This document shows positions 9,196 through 18,895 of a DNA stretch of 64,000 bases, piece by piece; the first letter of the stretch is position 1, and every line of letters starts with the position of its first letter. The DNA is from Actinomycetes bacterium (lineage in GTDB: Bacteria; Actinomycetota; Humimicrobiia; Humimicrobiales; Humimicrobiaceae), in assembly GCA_022396035.1 (NCBI GenBank), contig JAIOXO010000008.1, positions 1,830 to 65,829 of the forward strand, read 5' to 3'. The translations under genes and the position numbers were made by a program. Below the pieces are notes generated by a model. That model had not been told where the DNA came from and did no database searches. It was given only the letters and a program-made list of their open reading frames with translations.

Positions 9196-9873
9196 ATGGT
9201 GGAAATTAATGACAAAAAGGTGGCATTTATTGCCTGTGATGTTGTTTATGACGAAGTAAAGGACAGGATACCGGCGGACTGGAATGTGGTTAACCTGGAA
9301 AAAAAGCTGCATGAGAGAAGTGATGAGCTCAGGAACAGGTTGCAGCAGGAAATAAATAAATTTCAAAAACATGATGTAATAATCCTGGGTTACGGCTTAT
9401 GCGGGAAAGGTGTGGAAGGCCTTACTTCGGAAAATACACACCTAGTAGTTTCCAGGTGTGATGACTGCATAGCCATGCTTCTGGGCTCCATAGAAGAGTA
9501 CAAAAAACAGCATATGCAGGAACCGGGCACCTATTATCTTACCCGCGGCTATTTGGGGGATTCAGATGATTTTTCCATGGAAGGATTCCAGCAGCTCAGA
9601 GAAAAGTATGACCAGCAAACCTGGGATTGGATCAGAGGCCAGCTTTTAAAGAATTATAAAAGACTGGTATTTATAAATACCGGAAATTATAAGCCGGACT
9701 GTTACCGGGATATAGCTAAGAAGGAAGCCGGGAAACTGGGATTAAGGTTTGAAGAAATAAAGGGAAGCAACCATTATTTTAATAAGTTGGTTAAAGGTGA
9801 ATTTGACAGTAATTTTTTAGTGCTTGAGCCAGGCCAGAGGTTAAGTCTGGATATGTTTCTTAATGATAATTAG
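9196..9873 (+). CDS. DUF1638 domain-containing protein
   Basis: IAC, LH, ILGYGLCG, DDCIAMLLGS and GTYYLT motifs. Confidence 0.8.
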   Translation: MVEINDKKVAFIACDVVYDEVKDRIPADWNVVNLEKKLHERSDELRNRLQQEINKFQKHDVIILGYGLCGKGVEGLTSENTHLVVSRCDDCIAMLLGSIEEYKKQHMQEPGTYYLTRGYLGDSDDFSMEGFQQLREKYDQQTWDWIRGQLLKNYKRLVFINTGNYKPDCYRDIAKKEAGKLGLRFEEIKGSNHYFNKLVKGEFDSNFLVLEPGQRLSLDMFLNDN

Positions 9874-10489
9874 AGAAATTATGAAGAAGACAATAGTTGC
9901 TATTTACGGCAGCCCCAGAAAAAGGGGTAATACAGAAAAATTAATGGATAGTTTTTTAGCCGGCACAAAGTCAGGACCGGCAGGGAATAATCTGCATATT
10001 GAAAAGGTGGCTGCAGCCAGGCTTAATATTTCTCCCTGCAGGGGTTGCAGGAACTGCAGCCGTACCGGACAGTGCATAATAGAGGATGATATGCAGGATG
10101 TATACGGTCTATTGGAGAAAGCGGATTTGGTAGCGGTGGCCAGCCCTATTTTTTTTACTACCGTTTCCGGCTATCTTAAGGCAGTAGTAGACCGGTGCCA
10201 GAGGTACTGGTCCTTAAAATATGAACTCAAGCGTCGAATAATACACAAAGAAAGGCAGGGTATATTTTTTTCCTGCGCCGGGTCAGATTCCGATTCAATT
10301 TTTGATTGTGCCAGAAAGGTGATCAGATCCTTTTTTGATGTGCTCTATATAAATTATCACTCGGATTATGTTTTTAATCAGATTGACGAGCTGGGAGATA
10401 TAGACAAACACCCCCGGGCCTTAAACCAGGTCTATGAATGGGGAAAAAGCAAGCAATTTTATGATCTATTAAAGGTTGGTGAAAAATAA
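9863..10489 (+). CDS. Iron-sulfur flavoprotein / NADPH-dependent FMN reductase family
   Basis: GSPRKRGNT, CRGCRNC...C, DDM, SPIFF and LKAVVDR. Confidence 0.85.
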   Translation: MIIREIMKKTIVAIYGSPRKRGNTEKLMDSFLAGTKSGPAGNNLHIEKVAAARLNISPCRGCRNCSRTGQCIIEDDMQDVYGLLEKADLVAVASPIFFTTVSGYLKAVVDRCQRYWSLKYELKRRIIHKERQGIFFSCAGSDSDSIFDCARKVIRSFFDVLYINYHSDYVFNQIDELGDIDKHPRALNQVYEWGKSKQFYDLLKVGEK

Positions 10490-10490
10490 G

Positions 10491-11006
10491 ATGAAAAGAA
10501 TTTTTATGTTATTGGCAATAATATCCATTATGGTACTGGTAGTTGCAGGCTGCAGCAGCCAGCAGGAAACTCAGGCTGAGGCAAGTACCGGTTCCGAAGG
10601 TGGTTATAAGAATAATTTTACTCTCCTCAATCTTGAAGGTGAGGAGGTTTCATTATCGGACTATGAAGGAAAATTAGTAGTCCTTAATTTCTGGGCTACC
10701 TGGTGCCCTCCCTGTAAAGCTGAAATTCCTGATTTTATAGAAGTTTACAGCCAGTATCAGGATAAGGGGGTCCAGTTCGTGGGAGTATCTAATGAGAGCA
10801 AGAGCGAGCTGGTTCCCTTCGTTGAAGACTATGGTATAAATTACCCTATACTCATAGACGGCAGTGTAGATACTATTATGGGAGCATGGGGAATAAGAGC
10901 CATCCCTACAACTTATATTCTGGATACTGACGGGACTGTTCTGGCTGATTTTACAGGGCTGCTAACCAAGCAAAAACTAATTGATGAGATAGAAAAGCGG
11001 CTATAA
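10491..11006 (+). CDS. TlpA/ResA-family thiol-disulfide oxidoreductase lipoprotein
   Basis: Lipobox VVAGC, NFWATWCPPC and cis-Pro motif AIPT. Confidence 0.9.
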   Translation: MKRIFMLLAIISIMVLVVAGCSSQQETQAEASTGSEGGYKNNFTLLNLEGEEVSLSDYEGKLVVLNFWATWCPPCKAEIPDFIEVYSQYQDKGVQFVGVSNESKSELVPFVEDYGINYPILIDGSVDTIMGAWGIRAIPTTYILDTDGTVLADFTGLLTKQKLIDEIEKRL

Positions 11007-11740
11007 TGTTACAGATAAGTATAGTATCAGCATTTGTGGCGGGTATCCTGGCTTTTGTTTCTCCCTGTGTGTTGCCCCTGGTACCTGTTTATATCAGTAT
11101 GATGTCTAATAAGGCAATATATAAGAATAAGAATATAAAGGTATCAGAAAGATTGTACCTGTTTATTAACAGCCTTTTATTTGTAGCCGGGTTCTCGTTG
11201 ATATTTATATTATTGGGATCCACTGCTACTTTCATCGGTCAGGTCCTGAGGGAGTATTCCAGTATTATAGCTAGAGTGGGCGGAGTTTTTCTTATAATAT
11301 TCGGCCTGCATTACATGGGGGTATTTAAATTAAAATTCTTGAATATTGAAAAAAGGATTGAACTGCCAACAAGCCTAAAAAGCGGATACCTTTCCTCTTT
11401 TCTAATAGGCCTGGTATTCTCTTTTGGCTGGGTACCCTGTGTGGGCTTAATATTATCAGGCATACTTCTGTTGGCCAGCCAGCTGGAAACCCTGCTTCAG
11501 GGGATAAGCCTGCTGGCTGCTTTTTCAATAGGGTTGGGTCTCCCCTTTATTTTGGCCTCAATATTTATTGGTTTCTTTTCCCGGATACTTAAAAGGCTTA
11601 ACCGGCATCTAAACCTGGTATCTATAATAAGTGGTGTATTTTTAATTGCTCTGGGGATAGTTCTTGTAGCTGATGCCATGACTTTAGTAATGGGATGGGT
11701 AACCAGGGTATTTCCCTTCTTGAATAGAATTAATTTTTAA
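11006..11740 (+). CDS. ccdA: Cytochrome c biogenesis CcdA / DsbD-like membrane protein
   Basis: FVSPCVLPLVP and GWVPCVG, about 6 TM segments. Start overlaps the TlpA stop. Confidence 0.9.
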   Translation: MLQISIVSAFVAGILAFVSPCVLPLVPVYISMMSNKAIYKNKNIKVSERLYLFINSLLFVAGFSLIFILLGSTATFIGQVLREYSSIIARVGGVFLIIFGLHYMGVFKLKFLNIEKRIELPTSLKSGYLSSFLIGLVFSFGWVPCVGLILSGILLLASQLETLLQGISLLAAFSIGLGLPFILASIFIGFFSRILKRLNRHLNLVSIISGVFLIALGIVLVADAMTLVMGWVTRVFPFLNRINF

Positions 11741-11794
11741 CGGTTTTTATGGTATTATTTCCCAGAAATAAAAATTTATCAGAGGGAGGGCAAA

Positions 11795-12595
11795 GTGTCT
11801 GTTGATCCGGTGGCTTTTTATATAGGAAATCTTCAAATACGCTGGTATGGCATTATAATTGCAGTAGGCCTTTTACTGGGCATACTGGCTGCTTATATGG
11901 TAGCCAGATACCGTAACCGCAAGGAGGAAGAGATTATAAATTTTGCTCCCTTTGCGGTAATTGCTGGAATTATTGGAGCAAGAGTGCTGCATGTGGTTGT
12001 AAATTGGTCCTATTATGCTTCCAACCCCAGCTATATTTTTGCTTTCCGGAGAGGCGGATTGGCTATTCAGGGAGTTATGCTGGGGGGGCTGATAGCCCTG
12101 GCTATTTTCTGCAGGGTTAGGAAGCTAAGTTTCTGGACCTGGGCAGATATTATAGCTCCTGCCCTGGTACTGGGCCAGGCTATAGGCAGATGGGGAAATT
12201 TTTTCAATCAGGAAGCCTTTGGCTTGCCCACCGACCTGCCCTGGGCAATTTATATTGACCCTGCCTACCGTCCTGCCGCATATGCAAGTTCTGAATATTT
12301 CCATCCTACATTTTTATATGAGTCCATTGCCAACTTTATACTTTTTGGCATATTGTTACTGCTGCACCGATACTACAAGAAGAGACCCAACCGTTTACCG
12401 GACGGCTTAATCATATGTGCTTACTTGGCAATTTATGCCCTGTACCGGACCTTCATTGAGGCCTACAGGGTAGACAGTACTTATTTTGGGCCCATAAAGG
12501 TAGTGTATGTATTGAACTTTTTAGCTATTATCGCTGCCATAATAATTGCTAATTACCTGATTACCAGATTTAAGGATAAACAAAAGCAGGAATAG
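11795..12595 (+). CDS. lgt: Prolipoprotein diacylglyceryl transferase
   Basis: IRWYG, GAR, GGLAIQG, LGQAIGRWGNFFNQEAFG and HPTFLYES. Confidence 0.95.
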   Translation: MSVDPVAFYIGNLQIRWYGIIIAVGLLLGILAAYMVARYRNRKEEEIINFAPFAVIAGIIGARVLHVVVNWSYYASNPSYIFAFRRGGLAIQGVMLGGLIALAIFCRVRKLSFWTWADIIAPALVLGQAIGRWGNFFNQEAFGLPTDLPWAIYIDPAYRPAAYASSEYFHPTFLYESIANFILFGILLLLHRYYKKRPNRLPDGLIICAYLAIYALYRTFIEAYRVDSTYFGPIKVVYVLNFLAIIAAIIIANYLITRFKDKQKQE

Positions 12596-12599
12596 AAAT

Positions 12600-13139
12600 T
12601 TATTTCTGGCTGTACAGGCAGCCGCAGTAGTTCTGGCGGTATAAGTTTATTTGCTTGGATAAAAGGATGGTTTTTTTAAAGCCATCCTTTTTTTTAAAGT
12701 CTGCTGTATAGAAATCAATATCAAAAGACCTTGCTTCAGCCTTGCCTAGGTTATTTATGGCTTCAGCATTTTTATGGGGACTTACACTTAAGGTAGTTCC
12801 ATAGATGGTAAAACCAAGCTCCTTTGCTCTACGGGCAGATTCTTTTAACCTCAGCCGGAAACATCTTAGGCACCGGGCCCCACCTTCCGGTTCGTCTTCC
12901 AGGCCTTTAGCCGCTTCAAACCAGCGTTCAGGATCATATTTTCCTATAATCAGCGGTATATCATATTTCTGGCTGATAAACTTTATCCCATCCAGTCGTC
13001 TTTCATACTCTTCTTCCGGGTGAATATTGGGGTTATAATAGTAAAGAGTCAAATCATAATGGGCCGACAAAAACTGAAAGGGATGCATGGCGCATACGGC
13101 GCAGCAAGCATGCATAAGTATTGTTGGTTTGGTAGGCAT
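12600..13139 (-). CDS. queH: Epoxyqueuosine reductase QueH
   Basis: HACCAVC, YNPNIHP, EPEGGARCLRC, TTLSVSPHK and YRQNYCGC. Confidence 0.9.
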   Translation of the reverse strand: MPTKPTILMHACCAVCAMHPFQFLSAHYDLTLYYYNPNIHPEEEYERRLDGIKFISQKYDIPLIIGKYDPERWFEAAKGLEDEPEGGARCLRCFRLRLKESARRAKELGFTIYGTTLSVSPHKNAEAINNLGKAEARSFDIDFYTADFKKKDGFKKTILLSKQINLYRQNYCGCLYSQK

Positions 13140-13209
13140 CTTAATTTATCTTGTATAAATTAACTTTTTTTACTATATTAACAAGAACAAGTTATAAAGG
13201 AAATAGCCC

Positions 13210-14541
13210 ATGGATTTAAGTTTTTTAAAGGTTGAAAGTCTGCAGGACCTGGCTTCTGACAAGGAACCCAAACCCACAGCAGGAATACCATTAGCGGTAG
13301 AGGAAACGGTGAGAAATATTCTTTCCAGCATAAGAAAGAAAGGCCAGGAAGCAATAATTGACTATGTGGGCAAGCTGGATGGATACCAGCCAAGTAAGTG
13401 GTCTGATTTAAAGGTAAACCCTTCCGAAATTGAAGAAGGTTACAAATACACTCAGCAGTATTATCCGGATTTGGTTAAAGCCATGTCAACAGCTGTAGAC
13501 AATATTACTTATTACCACCGTCAACAGCTTAAAAGGGAGCCCAGTACCTGGTTTATCACCCCCGAAGAAGGAAAGAAGCTGGGACAGCTGGTTAAACCTC
13601 TGCGCCGGATAGGCATTTATGTTCCCGGAGGCAGGTACCCTTATCCTTCCTCGGTATTAATGGCGGCCATTCCGGCAAAAATTGCCGGGGTACAGGAAAT
13701 GGTTGTAGCCAGTCCTCCTTCACCCGGCGGGGCGGCCAATCCGGCCTTACTGTATCTTTGCCGTAAACTGGGTATTGATGAAATTTATAAAATAGGAGGT
13801 GCCCAGGCTATTGGACTGTTTGCCTATGGATGTGAAGAGACAGCCAGGGTGGATAAGGTGGTAGGTCCGGGAAATATTTATGTAACCTGCGCCAAGAAAG
13901 AGGTATTTGGAGAGGTAGGCATAGACAGTTTGGCCGGTCCCAGTGAAGTAATCATAATTGCAGATGAAAGTGCAGACCACAGGTTTGTGGCTGCTGATTT
14001 GTTGTCCCAGGCCGAGCATGATCCCCGGGCAGTTTCCATATTACTTACAACCAGCAGAAAACTGGCAAATTCTGTGATAGATTCTCTGGGGGTTCAGATG
14101 GGGCTACTTTCCGAGTATAAGCAGAATTTGGAGACGGCCCATAGTTCACTTAAAAACAACTGTAAAGTTATATTCCACCCGGACATGGACCAACTGATAC
14201 AGGCATCCAACCAGATTGGTCCGGAACATTTAGAGATAATGTGTAAAAAGCCGGAGGATATCCTTAAACAGATAAGTAATGCCGGAGCAATTTTTCTGGG
14301 GAATTATACCCCGGTTGCGGTAGGGGATTATATGGGGGGAACCAATCATATAATACCCACTTCTGCCAATGTCAGGTTTGCTTCTCCCCTGGGAGTTTAT
14401 GATTTTTTAAAAAAGAGCAGTGTACTTTATTATGACCAACATATGCTGGGCAAAGAAGGAAAGTACATACAGGATTTCTCTGCATTTGAGGGACTGTATG
14501 CCCATAACCATTCAGTTAAAATAAGGTTTGAAAAGGATTGA
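13210..14541 (+). CDS. hisD: Histidinol dehydrogenase
   Basis: GIYVPGG, GGAQAI, GPGNIYV, AGPSEV, SQAEH, PEHLE and GDY..GTNH. Confidence 0.95.
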   Translation: MDLSFLKVESLQDLASDKEPKPTAGIPLAVEETVRNILSSIRKKGQEAIIDYVGKLDGYQPSKWSDLKVNPSEIEEGYKYTQQYYPDLVKAMSTAVDNITYYHRQQLKREPSTWFITPEEGKKLGQLVKPLRRIGIYVPGGRYPYPSSVLMAAIPAKIAGVQEMVVASPPSPGGAANPALLYLCRKLGIDEIYKIGGAQAIGLFAYGCEETARVDKVVGPGNIYVTCAKKEVFGEVGIDSLAGPSEVIIIADESADHRFVAADLLSQAEHDPRAVSILLTTSRKLANSVIDSLGVQMGLLSEYKQNLETAHSSLKNNCKVIFHPDMDQLIQASNQIGPEHLEIMCKKPEDILKQISNAGAIFLGNYTPVAVGDYMGGTNHIIPTSANVRFASPLGVYDFLKKSSVLYYDQHMLGKEGKYIQDFSAFEGLYAHNHSVKIRFEKD

Positions 14542-15640
14542 GATGGAAATAAAAAAATGGTTAAAAGATATACCTGATTATGTACCGGGAAGGACCCTGG
14601 AAGAGATAAAGAGCAAATATAATTTAGAGCAAGTGTATAAGCTGGCATCCAATGAAAATATGGAAGGCCCCTCCCAAGAAGTTGTGGAGGCTATATGCCA
14701 GGCTGCCAGCAGGGTTAATTATTATCCTGATGCAAACTGCACCCGGCTGAGAGAAGAGTTGTCCAAAGTACTGAAGGTGGGTAAAGACAACCTTGTTGTG
14801 GGTAACGGCACCGACCAGATAATTGAGATGCTGTGTGATTGCTTTGTGGGTAATGGTGATAATATAGTTATTGCAGACCCTACTTTTTTAATTTATGAAA
14901 AAGCCAGTTTGAAATGCGGGTGCAGGGTAAAAAAAATACCCCTGATCGAGTACCGGCAGGATATACAGGGTATGGTATCTGCCATGAACAGCCATACAAA
15001 AATATTATTTTTAACCAGTCCCCATAATCCAACCGGATCCAATATCAGCAGAGAAGATTTTGAGTATGCGCTTACAGAAGCTTCCAGCCAGACCCTGGTG
15101 GTCATAGATGAAGCCTATTTTGAATATGTGCCGGAACAATTAAGGCTGGATAGTGTTAGTTACCTTGACCGTTTCCCTAATTTGGTGGTACTTAGGACCT
15201 TTTCCAAAATATTTGGGTTAGCCGGGCTGAGGGTGGGCTATGGAGTTGCGAACGAAAATATAATTTCCAGTATGAATAAAATAAGGTTACCTTTTAATGT
15301 AAATTCGCTGGGCCAGGCGGCAGCCATAGCTGCATTGAGAAACTGGGAATCCATAAGCAGCGTAAGAGAACGGGTAGACAAGGAGAAAAACAAGTTTTAT
15401 AAAAGGCTGGGCCAGAATAAAATAAGATATATAGAATCCTGCGCAAATTTTTTACTGATTGAAACTGGCAGCCAGACTTCACAGATTATAGAAGATCTGC
15501 TTGGCAAGGGGTTTATAGTAAGGCCGGGTTATAATTTAGGAGTTGACGGCTACCTAAGAGTAACCATATCGGTTCCCGATATAAATGATAAATTTTTAGA
15601 TCAATTTATTAAAATATATAAAAAATATAATAATCAATAA
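14528..15640 (+). CDS. hisC: Histidinol-phosphate aminotransferase
   Basis: KLASNEN, YPD, PHNPTG, DEAYFEY and the PLP-lysine motif RTFSKIFGLAGLRVGY. Confidence 0.92.
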   Translation: MKRIEMEIKKWLKDIPDYVPGRTLEEIKSKYNLEQVYKLASNENMEGPSQEVVEAICQAASRVNYYPDANCTRLREELSKVLKVGKDNLVVGNGTDQIIEMLCDCFVGNGDNIVIADPTFLIYEKASLKCGCRVKKIPLIEYRQDIQGMVSAMNSHTKILFLTSPHNPTGSNISREDFEYALTEASSQTLVVIDEAYFEYVPEQLRLDSVSYLDRFPNLVVLRTFSKIFGLAGLRVGYGVANENIISSMNKIRLPFNVNSLGQAAAIAALRNWESISSVRERVDKEKNKFYKRLGQNKIRYIESCANFLLIETGSQTSQIIEDLLGKGFIVRPGYNLGVDGYLRVTISVPDINDKFLDQFIKIYKKYNNQ

Positions 15641-15645
15641 ACAAG

Positions 15646-16494
15646 GTGGTGGATATGGAAACCGTTTTAACTGGAAATAAGTGTGAGGTTAAATTTGGGT
15701 TGGATTTGCCTACGATAATAATTGCTGAAAGAATAAACCCTACAGGTAGAAAAGCATTAGCCCAGCAGTTAAAAGAAGGCAAGCTGGATATGGTAAAAGA
15801 GGATGCCAGACAACAAACAGAAGCGGGGGCAGAGGTTATAGATATCAATGTGGGAGCGGTAGGAGTGGATGAAGTTGAGCTTCTTCCCAAAGCGGTAAAG
15901 GCAGTTATGGAAGTAACTGACCGGCCTGTATGCATTGATTCTTCAAATCCCCAGGCCCTTAAGGCAGCCCTGGAGGTATGTCCTTATAAGCTGCTCATAA
16001 ACTCGGTAACCGGAGAAGAAAAATCCATGGAGGAAATATTACCGGTAGTAAAAGAAAGCGGCAGTGCCGTAGTTTGCCTTACCTGTGACGAGAAAGGTAT
16101 ACCAAAGGATACGGAAACCAGATTCAATATAGCAAAGCGGATACTGGAAAAGGCAGAGTCATTAAAGATACCCAGGGAAAACCTGGTTTTTGATTGTCTG
16201 GTTATGACCAATTCTACTGACTCAAATTCAGCCAGAATAACTTTGGAAACTATGAGAAAGGTAACCAGAGAGTTTGGGGTTTCAACTACCATGGGCGCTT
16301 CCAATATAAGTTACGGGATGCCCAACCGGAACCTGTTAAATATTCATTTTATAACCATGTCCATCCTGAACGGCCTTTGTGCTCCTATTGCGGATCCTTT
16401 AACAGAAGGCTTGAAAACAGCAATGAAAGCTGCGGATTTTCTGTCGGGAAGGGATCCCTATGGCATGAATTACATAGCTGATTATAGAAAATAG
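15646..16494 (+). CDS. Methyltetrahydrofolate:corrinoid methyltransferase (pterin-binding MeTr/AcsE-like TIM barrel)
   Basis: IIAERINPTGRK, GAEVIDINVG, CIDSSNP, LINSV and GASNISYGMP. Confidence 0.8.
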   Translation: MVDMETVLTGNKCEVKFGLDLPTIIIAERINPTGRKALAQQLKEGKLDMVKEDARQQTEAGAEVIDINVGAVGVDEVELLPKAVKAVMEVTDRPVCIDSSNPQALKAALEVCPYKLLINSVTGEEKSMEEILPVVKESGSAVVCLTCDEKGIPKDTETRFNIAKRILEKAESLKIPRENLVFDCLVMTNSTDSNSARITLETMRKVTREFGVSTTMGASNISYGMPNRNLLNIHFITMSILNGLCAPIADPLTEGLKTAMKAADFLSGRDPYGMNYIADYRK

Positions 16495-16550
16495 CTTCAT
16501 TTTGGTATATAATCTTTTAGTAATTACTATTCTTTATAAAGGAGACCAAA

Positions 16551-17648
16551 ATGGCCAAGGTTACTCTGAAAAACCTAACCAAGAAATTCGATGATGTAGT
16601 TGCAGTCAACGAAATGAATACAATGGTTGAAGATCAGGAGTTTGTGGTTCTGGTAGGACCTTCTGGATGTGGGAAGACTACCACTCTCCGCATGGTAGCG
16701 GGACTGGAGGAAATAACGGGAGGGGAAATATATATCGGAGACAGATTGGTCAACGATGTCCCTCCCAAAGACCGGGACATCGCCATGGTTTTCCAGAATT
16801 ATGCTCTTTATCCCCATATGAATGTTTATGACAACATGGCCTTTGGGCTAAAACTGAGGAAAACCCCCAAGGCTGAAATAGTCCGGAGAGTTCAGGAGGC
16901 AGCAAATATTTTAAAAATAGAGGAGCTGCTTAAAAGAAAGCCCAAGCAACTATCTGGAGGCCAAAGGCAGAGGGTTGCTCTGGGAAGAGCAATAGTAAGG
17001 AATCCCAAGGTGTTTTTAATGGATGAGCCCCTGTCTAACCTGGATGCCAAATTAAGGGTTCAGATGAGAACAGAGATTGCCAAGCTTCACCAGAGACTCA
17101 GTGCCACCATCATATATGTAACTCACGATCAAACTGAAGCCATGACTATGGCTGACAAGATTATTATCATGAAGGATGGCCTGGTACATCAGATAGGTCC
17201 TCCACAGGAGGTATATGATCATCCCAACAATATGTTTGTTGCTGGATTTATTGGAAGTCCTGCTATGAATTTTGTAGATGTAAAGGTGACCGATGATTTA
17301 AAATTATTCAATAAGAATTTTACTCTGGATACTTCTGAAAAAATAAAGAAGGTCATAAAGAATAATGATCTGGTAGGAAAAGATGTGGTTTTAGGTATAA
17401 GACCTGAAGATCTTGAAGACAGTAACTTTATTTCGGAAGCCGGAGAGGGCAACACCCTGATATCCAGGGTGGAAGTTACGGAGCCCATGGGCGCAGAGAT
17501 CTATGTATATATAGATATTGAAGGGGTATTGATGACTGCCAGGGTATCCCCCAGGTCAAAAGTGAAAGATGGAGAAGATATAAAGTTGTTTGTGGAGATG
17601 AACCAGGTACATTTGTTTGATAGAAAGACTGAAGCAGCATATATATAA
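16551..17648 (+). CDS. MalK/MsmX-type carbohydrate ABC ATPase (stand-alone)
   Basis: GPSGCGKTT, LSGGQRQR, LMDEP, YVTHDQ and C-terminal OB/TOBE domain. No adjacent permeases. Confidence 0.92.
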   Translation: MAKVTLKNLTKKFDDVVAVNEMNTMVEDQEFVVLVGPSGCGKTTTLRMVAGLEEITGGEIYIGDRLVNDVPPKDRDIAMVFQNYALYPHMNVYDNMAFGLKLRKTPKAEIVRRVQEAANILKIEELLKRKPKQLSGGQRQRVALGRAIVRNPKVFLMDEPLSNLDAKLRVQMRTEIAKLHQRLSATIIYVTHDQTEAMTMADKIIIMKDGLVHQIGPPQEVYDHPNNMFVAGFIGSPAMNFVDVKVTDDLKLFNKNFTLDTSEKIKKVIKNNDLVGKDVVLGIRPEDLEDSNFISEAGEGNTLISRVEVTEPMGAEIYVYIDIEGVLMTARVSPRSKVKDGEDIKLFVEMNQVHLFDRKTEAAYI

Positions 17649-17729
17649 TAGAATAAAATAGCCAAATGGAAAGTAAAGCACAATATTTTAATATATTGTG
17701 CTTTACTATATTTTAAGTAAAATAATTAT

Positions 17730-18860
17730 ATGAGCCTTAAATATGATGTAATAATTTCAGGGGCCGGACCTTCTGGAAGTTTGCTTGCCTTCCTGCTGTC
17801 TTCAATCAATATTAAAACCCTGGTGCTGGAGAAAAAATCTTTCCCACGTCCCAAGATCTGTGCCGGGGGTCTGCAGCACAGGGCTGCAAGATTATTGCCC
17901 TTTAGTATTGACCCGGTGGTTGAAAAGATAATTTACGGCGTTTACTTTTCCTATAGATCCAAGCATATCTTTGATAGAACTTACCATGTTCCACTGATAT
18001 ATATGCTGGACCGGGCAAAATTCGACCAATTTTTGGCAGAAAAAGCCAGGCAGGCAGGAAGTGATTACCACTATGAATGTCCGGCTACAGATTACGAAGT
18101 AAGCAATAATTATATTACAGTAAAAACCCCGAAAAAAGTTTTTACCAGCAGGCTGCTGGTGGGAGCTGATGGCGCAAGAGGTATGGTACATAGAAAATTA
18201 GTGTCCAATAAACAGCTGTTTAAGATAATCGGCTACGAGTTTGAGCTAGGCAGAAATAAGGTGAACGGCCATCTGAACCTAAACAGGAATATTGCCATTG
18301 ATATTGGAGGAGTAAAAGGGGGTTATGCGTGGGTATTTCCAAAAAACAAGAATTTATCCATAGGTATTGGAGGGCCACATTATGATGCCAGGCACATAAA
18401 AAAATATTTTAAGAAGTTTCTTTCCCGATACGTCTTGTTTGAAGACATTATTAGCGATGTCAAAATTTATGGCCAATGCATACCAGTTAGAAAAGCAGAT
18501 ACGCCTATTTGTGATTACCGGGTGCTGGCCATAGGGGATGCTGCCGGGCTGGGAGATGCATTTACCGGCGAAGGACTCTTCAATTGTTTTAAGAGTGCTC
18601 TTTTAGCCAGTGAAAGCATAAACAGGGCTTTGACCCAGGGAAATTTTACTTTTGAAGACTATGGCAGAAAAATTGCTGATATAGTTTATGAAGATATAAG
18701 GATCTCCATGCTGTTTTCCAAGCTTTTTTTCCTATTTCCCTTTCTAATATATAATATACTCAAAAAAAATGATAAGATATTTGACGTATGCTGCCAGGTA
18801 CTCCGGGGAGATAAAAGTTATAAACATCTGGCACAAAAATTAAAAATTTTTAAATACTGA
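17730..18860 (+). CDS. Geranylgeranyl reductase family FAD oxidoreductase
   Basis: GAGPSG, KICAGG, DRAKFD, GADG, GYAWVFPK and GDAAG..DAFTGEG. Confidence 0.85.
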   Translation: MSLKYDVIISGAGPSGSLLAFLLSSINIKTLVLEKKSFPRPKICAGGLQHRAARLLPFSIDPVVEKIIYGVYFSYRSKHIFDRTYHVPLIYMLDRAKFDQFLAEKARQAGSDYHYECPATDYEVSNNYITVKTPKKVFTSRLLVGADGARGMVHRKLVSNKQLFKIIGYEFELGRNKVNGHLNLNRNIAIDIGGVKGGYAWVFPKNKNLSIGIGGPHYDARHIKKYFKKFLSRYVLFEDIISDVKIYGQCIPVRKADTPICDYRVLAIGDAAGLGDAFTGEGLFNCFKSALLASESINRALTQGNFTFEDYGRKIADIVYEDIRISMLFSKLFFLFPFLIYNILKKNDKIFDVCCQVLRGDKSYKHLAQKLKIFKY

Positions 18861-18895
18861 GAGGTTGTTTTTAGATATTTTGGAAAGGAAAAGTT

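Noticed and set aside
743-9873. Possible pyrrolysine or selenocysteine read-through in methyltransferase/redox genes
   Set aside because: All these ORFs are full length for their families, and no split ORF with an in-frame TAG or TGA was seen.
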